Source of the DNA: Haplodiscus bocki
Taxonomy: Eukaryota
Assembly: GCA_965655095.1 (NCBI GenBank)
Contig: OZ296656.1
Coordinates: 39,866,001 to 39,930,000, forward strand
Length of the DNA: 64,000 nucleotides
Direction: 5' to 3'
A model generated the notes under the pieces. It worked only from the letters and a program-made list of their open reading frames with translations. It was not told the origin of the DNA and searched no databases. Each line of letters opens with the position of its first letter. Position 1 is the stretch's first letter. Below are positions 40,580 through 51,145 of this stretch, one piece after another. Both the position numbers and the translations under genes were made by a program.

Positions 40580-43350
40580 GAGGAGACCATGGATATATCC
40601 GCTGCGAAAGAGTACACGGGAAAACAGCGCCAGGAATTATAGCACGGAAATAGACGCCGCTAAAAAACCCGTGTAACTTGTCGATGCCTAAGAAATCACG
40701 GAAGATGACTCGGAGAAAAGTTGCACGGTAAAAGCTTTGCAAAAGAGGATGCCGAGGAAGCTTCGCAAAAAAAGGCGCGGAAAGAAGGCCCTGCACAATG
40801 GCACACGGCAAAAAAGCCCGGCGATAGAGCCCACTGAAAAGGCCACTGCCAAGAGACACACGGACAATGCACCGCGAAAGCGTCCATGGAAGTCATCCAT
40901 GCTAACGAGTGCACAGAATATGCCCCCGGGGAAGGTCCTGTGAAAAGACGTACCGAAAAAACGTCACAAAAAAGCCCACGGAAAAAACACTTGGAAAAAA
41001 GTCTTAAAAAAGAGCAAGCCCCTGCGAAAAACCTCACGGAAAAGCATATGCGGATAAATGCACGGAACATGCCCCGGCAGAAAAGCGCACGGAAGAAGCG
41101 CAAGCGAAAGAGTGCACGCAGAAAATCACTGCAATTCAGCGTACGGAAAATCAAGCGCTGGTGAGCCCATGGAAAAGTATGCTGCAAGAGTGTGCGCGGG
41201 ATAAAAGCGCTGAGAAAGAGAGCACGGAGAAATTGCTGCGAACTAACCCATGGAAATCTCCCCTGCCAGAGAGTCCACGGAAAGAACCCCAGAAAAAATG
41301 CACCTAAAAATCCCCCGCAAGAAGCGCACTGAAAACGACCCTGCGAAATAGTGCAGGCAGAAAACCCATGCTGAAAAGCGCACCGAAAAAAGCCCCGCAG
41401 AAAAACCCACAGAAAAAACACTTGTGAAGGAGCCAACAAAAAAAGCCATTACAATTAGGGCAGCTGAAACACTGCCGCGAAAAAATGAACGGAAAACATC
41501 TGTGGAAGAGTAGATGGAGAAACGCACTGCTAACGAACGCACTAAAAAAAACCATATGAAAGAGCGCTCGGAAAAAGCCAAGACAAAGAGCGCACCAATA
41601 AATTGCCCGCAAGAAACGCACTCAAACTCAACCCGCGAAAAGCGCAGGGAAAAAACTCCGCGCGAAAGAATGCCAAGAAAAAGCCGCTGCGAAAAAAAGT
41701 CTTGGATGAAACCCTAGCAAAAAAGCCCATGGAACTTGTGCATGCGATTCTGTGATTCAGTTCACGCAATATATCGAAGGGAAAGAGTCCACAAAGAGAA
41801 GCCCGGCGAAACAGCGTGCGGAAAAAAAACGCACTCGAAAAGTTCACGGGGATGAGGCAATGTACATATCCGCTGCGAAAGAAAACGCGGGAAAACAGCG
41901 CCAGGAATTATAGCACGGAAATAGACGCCGCTAAAAAACCCGTGTAATTTGTCGATGCCTAAGAAATCACGGAAGATGTCTCCCAGAAAGGTTGCACGGT
42001 AAAAGCTTTGCGAAAGAGGATGCCGAGGAAGTTTCGCAAAAAAAGGCGCGGAAAGAAGGCCCTGCACAATGGCACACGGCAAAAAAGCCCGGCGATAGAG
42101 CCCACTGAAAAGGCCACTGCCAAGAGACACACGGACAATGCACCGCGAAAGCGTCCATGGAAGTCATCCATGCTAACGAGTGCACAGAATATGCCCCCGG
42201 GGAAGGTCCTGTGAAAAGACGTACCGAAAAAACGTCACAAAAAAGCCCACGGAAAAAACACTTGGAAGAAAGTCTTAAAAAAGAGCAAGCCCCTGCGAAA
42301 AACCTCACGGAAAAGCATATGCGGATAAATGCACGGAACATGCCCCGGCAGAAAAGCGCACGGAAGAAGCGCAAGCGAAAGAGTGCACGCAGAAAATCAC
42401 TGCAATTCAGCGTACGGAAAATCAAGCGCTGGTGAGCCCATGGAAAAGTATGCTGCAAGAGTGTGCGCGGGATAAAAGCGCTGAGAAAGAGAGCACGGAG
42501 AAATTGCTGCGAACTAACCCATGGAAATCTCCCCTGCCAGAGAGTCCACGGAAAGAACCCCAGAAAAAATGCACCTAAAAATCCCCCGCAAGAAGCGCAC
42601 TGAAAACGACCCTGCGAAATAGTGCAGGCAGAAAACCCATGCTGAAAAGCGCACCGAAAAAAGCCCCGCAGAAAAACCCACAGAAAAAACACTTGTGAAG
42701 GAGCCAACAAAAAAAGCCATTACAATTAGGGCAGCTGAAACACTGCCGCGAAAAAATGAACGGAAAACATCTGTGGAAGAGTAGATGGAGAAACGCACTG
42801 CTAACGAACGCACTAAAAAAAACCATATGAAAGAGCGCTCGGAAAAAGCCAAGACAAAGAGCGCACCAATAAATTGCCCGCAAGAAACGCACTCAAACTC
42901 AACCCGCGAAAAGCGCAGGGAAAAAACTCCGCGCGAAAGAATGCCAAGAAAAAGCCGCTGCGAAAAAAAGTCTTGGATGAAACCCTAGCAAAAAAGCCCA
43001 TGGAACTTGTGCATGCGATTCTGTGATTCAGTTCACGCAATATATCGAAGGGAAAGAGTCCACAAAGAGAAGCCCGGCGAAACAGCGTGCGGAAAAAAAA
43101 CGCACTCGAAAAGTTCACGGGGATGAGGCAATGTACATATCCGCTGCGAAAGAAAACGCGGGAAAACAGCGCCAGGAATTATAGCACGGAAATAGACGCC
43201 GCTAAAAAACCCGTGTAATTTGTCGATGCCTAAGAAATCACGGAAGATGTCTCCCAGAAAGGTTGCACGGTAAAAGCTTTGCGAAAGAGGATGCCGAGGA
43301 AGTTTCGCAAAAAAAGGCGCGGAAAGAAGGCCCTGCACAATGGCACACGA
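40580..43350 (+). repeat. 1271-bp HOR (most of module R plus diverged block D), ~2.2 copies
   Basis: ORF offsets 40696/41967, 41243/42514, 41514/42785 and 41762/43033 are all 1271. Confidence 0.92.
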
Positions 43351-45818
43351 CAAAAAAGCCCAGCGATAGAGCTCACCGAAAAAACCACAGCCAAGAGACA
43401 CACGGACAATGCACCGTGAAAGCGTCCATGGAAAAAACGTCACAAAAAAGCCCACAGAAAAATTACCTGGAAAAAAAGTCACAAAAAAGAGCGAGCCCAT
43501 GTGAAAGGGCTCACGGAAAAGCCTATGCGGAAAAACGCAGGGAAAATGTCCCGGCAGAAAAGCGCACGGAAGAAGCGCAAGCGAAAGAGCGCACGCAGAA
43601 AATCACTGCAAAGCAGCGTACGGAAAATCAAGCGCTGCTGAGCCCATGGAAAGCTATGCTGCAAGAGTGTGCGCGGGATAAAAGCCCTGAGAGAGAGAGC
43701 ACGGAGAAAGGCTTGCGAACTATCCCAAGGTAATCTCCCCTGCCAAAGAGAGCACGGAAAAAACCACTGCAGGGAAGCGCAGGGATAAAGCTCACGGGGA
43801 TGAGCCCATGGATATCTCCGCTGCGAAAGACTGCACGGTAAAACACTCCCTCGAAGAAAGAAAGAATCCCCCCGCAGAAAAAACCCACGGAAAAAGCACT
43901 TGCGAAAAAGTGCACGAAAAATTCCCCTGCAAAGGAGAGCAGATAAGAGGTTCCTGCGAAAGAGCGCGCGGAAGAACCCCTCGTAACAGAGCGCTCGAAA
44001 AAAGCTCAGCGCAAAAGCGCACGAAAAAAGGCACTGCGAAAAAACGTTAGGAAATAGTCCCCACGAAGGAGCTTATGGAACTCTCCCTTGCAAAAAAGGG
44101 CAAGGTAAAAGACCACGTGAGGGAACCTACCAAAAAGGCCACCGCGATGGAGCCCATTGAACTCTTCCCTGACAAAAAATGCACGGGGGAAGCCCGGAAA
44201 AAAAGTGCACTAAAAAGTCTCCGACGAGAGAGCGCACTGAAAACGACCCTGCGAAAAAGTAGATTGAAACCGTCCATGCGAAAGAATGCACGGTAGAAAT
44301 CCCTGGGAAAATGCCCAAAGGAAAGATCGTGCTATAGAGCGCACACAGAATGGTTCTGTGGAAAAGTGCACTGAAGCAACCCTAAAAAAACGCACTGAAA
44401 AAACCACTGCGAAAGAGCGCACGGAAACGGCCCCTGCAAAAAAACGCACGCGAAAAGTTCACGGGGATGAGACCATGGATGTATCTGCCGCGAAAGAGTA
44501 CACGGGAAAACCTCGCCAGGAATTAGAGCACGGAAATAGACGCCGCAAAAAAACCCGTGTAACTCGTCGATGCCTAGAAAATCACGGAAGATGTCTCCGG
44601 GAAAGATTGCACGGTAAAAGCCTTGCGAAAGACCTTGCCGAGGAAGCTTCGCAAAAGGGGGCGCGGAAGAAAGGCCCTGCACAATGGCACACGGCAAAAA
44701 CCCCGACGATAGAGCTCACCAAAAAAGCCACAGCCAAGAGACACACGGACAATGCACCGCGAAAATGTCCATGGAAATCACCCATGCTAACGAGTGCACA
44801 CAATATGCCCCCGGGGAAGGCCCTGTGAAAAGACGTACCGAAAAAACGTCACAAAAAAGCCCACGGAAATAACACCTGGAAAAAAAGTCACGAAAAAGAG
44901 CGAGCCCATGCGAAAGGGCTCACGGAAAAGCCTATGCGGAAAAACGCAGAGAAAACGTCCCGGCAAAAAAGCGCACGGAAGAAGCGCAAACGAAAGAGTG
45001 CACGCAGAAAATCAGTGCAAATCAGCGTACGGAAAATCAAGCGCTGGTGAGCCCATGGAAAATTATGCTGCAAGAGTGTGCGCGGGATAAAAGCCCTGAG
45101 AAAGAGAGCACGGAGAAATTCCTGCGAACTCACCCATGGAAATCTCCCCTGCCAGAGAGTCCACGGAAAAAAACGCAGAAAAAATGCACCTAAAAATCCC
45201 CCGCAAGAAGCGCACTGAAAACGACCCGGCGAAATAGTGCAGGCAGAAAACCCATGCTGAAAATCGCACTGAAAAAACCCCCAAGCCTACAAAAAGCCAT
45301 TACAATTAGGGCAGCTGAAGCACTGCCGCGAAAAAATGAACGGAAAACATCTGCGGAAGTGTAGATGGAAAAACGCACTGCTAACGAACGCACTGAAAAA
45401 AAACATATGAAAGAGCGCTCGGAAAAAGCCCAGACAAAAAGGGCACCAATAAATTGCCCGCGAGAAACGCACTCAAACTCACACCGCGAAAGAGCGCACG
45501 GAAAAAACTCCGCGCGAAAGAATGCAAAGAAAAAGCCGCTGCAAAAAAAATCTTGGATGAAACCCTAGCAAAAAAGCTAATGGAACTTGTGCATGCGATT
45601 CAGCGATTCAGTTCACGCAATATATTGAAGGGAAAGAGTCCACAAAGAAAAGCGCGGCGAAAAAGCGTGCCGAAAAAGCCTCCCGAACGAAGGTACACAA
45701 AAACTTGTGCAAGAGAACACACGGAAAAAACCCTTGCAAAGAAGCGCACGGAAAAAAGCCCGCGAAAGAGCGCTTGCAAAAAGCCACTGCAAAGAAGCGC
45801 AGGGAAAAAGCTCACGGG

Positions 45819-48800
45819 GATGAGCCCATGGACATCTCCGCTGCGAAAGTCTGCACGGTAAAACACTCCCTCGAAAAAGGAAAGAATGCCCCCGCAAAAA
45901 AACCCACGGAAAAAGCACTTGCAAAAAAGTGCACCAAAAACTCCTCTGCAAAATAGAGACCATCAAAAGGTTCCTGCGAAAGAGCGGGCGCAAGAATCCC
46001 TCGCAAAAAAGTCTCGGAACAAACTTAGGGAAAAAGCACACGGAAAAGGGCACTGCTAACTAGCGTTCGGAAATAGCCCCCACGAAGGAGCTTATTGATA
46101 TCTCCCTTGCAGAAAGGTGCAGGCTAAAAACTCCCCATGAGAGAGTCTACCGAAAAAGCCCCCGCAATGGAGCCCATAGAAATCTTCCCAGCAAAAAAGC
46201 GCACCGAGAAAGCCCCGGAAAAAATTGCAATAAAAAATCTCCTGCGACAGAGGGAACTGAAAACGACCCCCCGAAAAATTAATGGAAACCGTCCATGCGA
46301 AAGAGTGCACAAGAGATGCCTCCGCGGAAAACCGACGGGAAGGTCCCTGCGAAGGAGAGTGTGGAAGAAGCTTTCTGAAAGCGGTCGTGAAAAAGAACCC
46401 CTGCTAAAAAGCGCACTGCAAAAACTTCTGCGAAAGAACGTGCCGAAAAAGCCACTGCGAAGAAGCGCACAGAAAAAGCTCCTGGGTATGAATCGATCGA
46501 TATATCCACAGCGAAAGAGTGCCAGGAAAAACAGCCCCTTGAAAGGGAACTCGGTAAAAGCTGCGCGAAAAAGTCCACGGGAAAAGCACATACAAAAAAG
46601 AGCACGAAAAAAGACCCTACCAACCAGTGCAGGTGAAAAGTTCCTGCAGAGAATCACAGAGACGAAACTCTTGCGAAAGAGTGCACAAAAGAGCCCTCGC
46701 AAATGCTCCCATTGAACTCTCCCCTGCAAAAAGGAGGAAGACCCGGAAAAAAATTGAACCAAACGTCCACCCCCGAGAAAGAGCACTGTAAACGACCCCG
46801 CGAAAGAGTCCATGGAATCGGTCCATGCGGAAGTTTGCACGGAAGATGCACTGGGGAAAAAGCCCATGGGGAAAGCCTTGCAAAAGAGCGTGCCGAAAAA
46901 GCTTTGCGAAAGAAGGCGCGGAAAAAAGGCCCTGCACAAAAGAGCAAGGCAAAAACGCCTGCGATAGGGCGCCAGCAAAATTGATCTGCCGGAAATCGCG
47001 CGGAGGAAAGCACTAAGTAAAGCGCACGTAGAAGCTCCTGGGAAAGATGTTACGCAAAAAAACTCTGCAAAAATGAGCAAGGAAAAAACCACTGCGAATG
47101 AGCTCATGGAACTCTCCGTTGCAAAAGAGTGCAAGGTAAAAGGATCCCACGAAAGAGCGTACCAAAAAAACTCCAGCCAAATAACCTGGCCCAGAGAAAC
47201 TGTCCATGCAAAAGGATGCAGGCCCCCAAGAAAAGGATGCGCCAAAAAATTTCCCGCGAGAGAGCGCAGAGGAAATTACCCTGCGAAAAAAACCATGGAA
47301 ACCATCCGTTCCAGAGTTTGCACGGAGGTTGCACCCGGGAAAAAACCCATTGGAAAAGCACTGAGAAAGAGCCTGCCGAAAAACTTTTGGTAAATAAGGC
47401 GCGGGATTAAAGGCCTTGCTCAAAAGCGCACCGCAAAACCCCCTGCAGTAGGGCAGCAGCAAAATGGTTCTGCAAAGAAGCGCACGGTGATTAGCCCTAA
47501 AAAAGCGCGCACGGAAAAAACCCCGCCGGAAGAGCGCACGCAAGAAGCCACTACAAAGAAGCGCACGGAAAAAGCTACTGAGGATGAGCCCATGGATACC
47601 TCCGTCGCGAAGGAAAGCCCGGGGAAACAGCCTCGCAAGAGATAGCACGGAAAAAGCCCCCGCAAAAGAACCCTTGTAAGTTGTCCATGCGAAACAGTTC
47701 ACGGAAGGTATCCCCAAGAAAGAGTCCATGGTAAACGCACTGCGAAAAAACGTACCAAACAAGCCCCAGCGAAAGAACCCAGGGAAGTCTCACATGCAAC
47801 AATATGCACGGAGGAGGCCCCGGAAAAAATGCACCAAAAAGTTACCCTCCCGATCGTGCACTGAAAAGGATCCTGCGAAAAATTCGATTGAAACCGTCCA
47901 TGCGAAAGATTGCAAAGGAGGTACCCCTTGGGAAAAAGCGCAAGGGAAAAATCGTGCTAAAGGGCGCACACAGAATGGTTCTGTGGAAAACTGCACGGGA
48001 GCAACCCTAAAAAATGGACTGAAAATACCACTGCAAAAGAGCGAACGAAAATATGCCCTGCAAAGAAACGCACCCAAAAACTTCAGAGGGATGAGCCCAT
48101 GGATGTCTCCACTGCGAAAGACTGCACGGTAAAACACGCCTCAAGAAAGCAGAAAAAAGTCCCCCCCGCAAAAAAAACCCACGATAAAACCACTTACGAA
48201 AAAGTGCACGAAAAAAACCCCTACGACAGAGAGCAGATGAAATGATCCTGCGAAAGAGCGCAGGAAAGAAAACCCTTGCAAAAAAGTCTCGGAAAAAACT
48301 CAGCGATAAAGCGCACGGAAAGAGGCACTGCTAATTATCGTTCGGAAATAGCCCCCACGAAGGAGCTTATGGATATCTCCCTTGCAGAAAAGTGCAGGAT
48401 AAAAGCTCCACATGAGAGAGTGTAAAAAGACCCTACCAAACAGTGCAGGTAAAAAGTTCCTGCAGAGAATTGCACAGACGAAACCCTTGCGAAAGAGCGC
48501 ACAAAAAAAGCCCCCCGCAGATGCTCCCATTGAAGTCTCCCCTGCAAAAAATTGCACGGAGAAAGACCCGTAAAAAATTGAACCAAAAATCCACCCCCCA
48601 GAGAGAAAACTGTAAACGACCTTGCGAAAGAGTCCATGGTAACCGTCCATGCGAAAGAGTTCACGGAAGATATACCCGAGAGAGAGGCCACTTAAAATTA
48701 CTTCGAAAGTGCATGCAGAAGAAACCCTGCGAAAGAGGGCATGAAAATTGACCACGCAAAGGATTGCACGGAAGATGTCCCTTGGAATGAAACCACAGGA

Positions 48801-51145
48801 AAAGCCGCGGAAAAAACTTTGCGAAAAAGGCCAAGCAAAACAACCCCGCAAAAGCGCTCGCAGAAACAACCACTGCGAAAAAAGCGCCGCGAAACAGTCC
48901 ATGGAAATCGTCCATAAGGAGGAGTTCACGGAAACAGTCTCCAAGAAAGAGCCCGTGGTAAAAGCCATGCCAAAGACCATGCATAGGAAACCCTGCGAAA
49001 AATGTAACGCAAAAAACCTCTGCAAAAAAGAGCAAGGGAAAAACCCCTGCGAAAGAGCTCATGGAACTCTCTGCTGAAAAAGAGTGCAAGATAAAAGGGT
49101 CCCACGAAAGAGCGTACCAAAAAAGCCCCAGCGATGGAGCCCATAAAAACCGTCCATGCGAAAAGATGCACGCAGGACGCCTCAGAAAAAAATTCACCAA
49201 AAAATTTCCCGCGAGAGAGTGCACAGAAAACTATCCTGCAAAGAAACCATGGAAACCTTCCGTTCGAAAGTTTTTACGGAGGTTGCACCCGGAAAAAAAA
49301 CCCTTTGGAAAAACCCTGCGAATGAGCGTGCCGAAAAACTTTTGAGATATAGGGCGCGGGAAAAAAGGCCTTGCTCAAAAGCGCACCTCAAGAACCCCTG
49401 CGGTAGGGCAACCGCAAAATGGTTCTGCGAAGAAGCGCACGGAGAACAGCCCTAAAAAATGCACCCGGAAAGAACCCTGCCGAAAGAGCGCACGAAGAAG
49501 CCATTGCAAAGAAGCGCACGACAATGCTCCTGAGGATGCTCCCATGGATGCCTCCGTTGCGAAAGAGTGCCCGGGAAAGCAGCACGGAAAAAACCCGCAC
49601 AAAAAAACCAATGGGAATCGTCCATGCAAAAAACTTCACGGAAAATGTTTCCAAGAAAGAGCCCATGGTAAAAGTTCTGCCGGAGACCATGCAGACGAAA
49701 CCCTGCGAAGGATGTTACGCAAAGAAGCCCCGGCGAAAAACAGCCCGGATAAAACTTCTGCGGGAGTGCTCATGGAAGTCTCCGCTACAAAAGAAAGCAC
49801 AATATAAGGGCTCCACGACAGAGCGTACTAAAAGGGCCCCAGCAAAAGTGCCCAAGGAGTTCTCCCTCGCAAAAAACTCCACGGAGAAGGCCCGGAAAAA
49901 AGTGCACCAAATAAAATTCCGCGAGAGAGTGCACTAAAAACGACCCCGCGAAAAATTCCATGGAAACTGTCCATGCAAAAGAATGCACGAGAGATGCCCC
50001 AGGGAAAAGGCTCAAGGGAAAATCTCCGTGGAAGATCGTGTCGAAAAAGATTCCTGAAAGAGGGCTGGGGAATGAACCCCCGTACAAAAGCGCACGGCAA
50101 GCACCCCTGCGAAGAGTGCATGGAAAATGTTTCTGCACAAAAGTGCACGAAAATAGCTTTGCAAAAAAGTGCTAGGAAAAAATCTCTGCGAAAAAGCACA
50201 CGCAAAAAGACATTGCAAGGAAGCGAACAGAAAGCGCTCCTGGGAAATCTCCTCTGCGATAAAGTGCCCAGGGAAACAGCCCCGCGAAGGAGAGCACGCA
50301 AAAAGCCCCGCGAAAGTGTCCTTGGAAATCGTCGATTCAAGAGAGTGCACGGAAAATGTCCCTGCAAAGAAGCGCACAAATTAGGGCCCCGCGGTTCAGC
50401 CCATGGAAACATCCGCTGCCAAGGAGTGTGCGAAAGGACAAAACTGCAAAAAACAGCACGGAAGAAGCCCCTACGGAAGAGAGCACGCAAAAAGTCAATG
50501 CAAAGAATCGCATGGAAAAAGCTCCTGGGGATGAGCCCATGGATGCCTCCGTTGCGAAAGAGTGCCCGGGGAAACAGCCTCGCGAGAGATAGAACGGAAA
50601 AAGCCTTCGCAAAAAACCCCTTGTAAGAAGTTGTCCATGCGAAACAGTTCACGGAAGATATCCCCAAGAAAGAGCCCATGGTAAACGCCCTGCGAAAAAA
50701 CGTACCAAAAAAGCCCCAGCGAAAGAGCCCAGGGAAGTCTCACATGCAAAAAGATGCACGGAGGAGGCCCCGGAAAAAATGCACCAAAAAGTTACCCTCC
50801 GGATAGTGCACTGAAAACGATCCCGCGAAAAATTCGATTGAAACGGTCAATGCGAAAGATTGCAAAGGAGGTACCCCTTGGGAAAAAGACCAAGGGAAAA
50901 ATCGTGCTAAAGAGCGCACACAGAATTGTTCTGTGGGAAAGTGCACGGGAGCAACCCTAAAAAAACGCACTGAAAAAACCATTGCAAAAGAGTGCACGGA
51001 AATGTGCCCTGCAAAGAAACGCACGCAAAAAGTTCAGGGGGATGAGCCCATGGATATCTCCACTGCGAAAGACTGCACGGTAAAACACGCCCCAAGAAGA
51101 GCAGAAAAAAGTCCCCCCCCGCAAAAAAACCCACGGTAAAACCAC
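45819..51145 (+). repeat. Transition zone of single, diverged copies alternating between left-type and right-type HOR families
   Basis: Left-type segments at ~46.0-47.04, 47.56-48.63 and 50.5-51.15 kb. Right-type segments at ~47.04-47.56 and 48.63-50.5 kb. Assigned by shared motifs such as accctaccaaacagtgc (left) and ccttgctcaaaagcgcacc (right). Confidence 0.75.

Noticed and set aside
41230-41850. Block D as a foreign (TE or unique) insertion
   Set aside because: It keeps the A-rich skew and recognisable monomer remnants (gcgcac, ctgcgaaa, cccatggaa). No target-site duplication or terminal repeats are visible.
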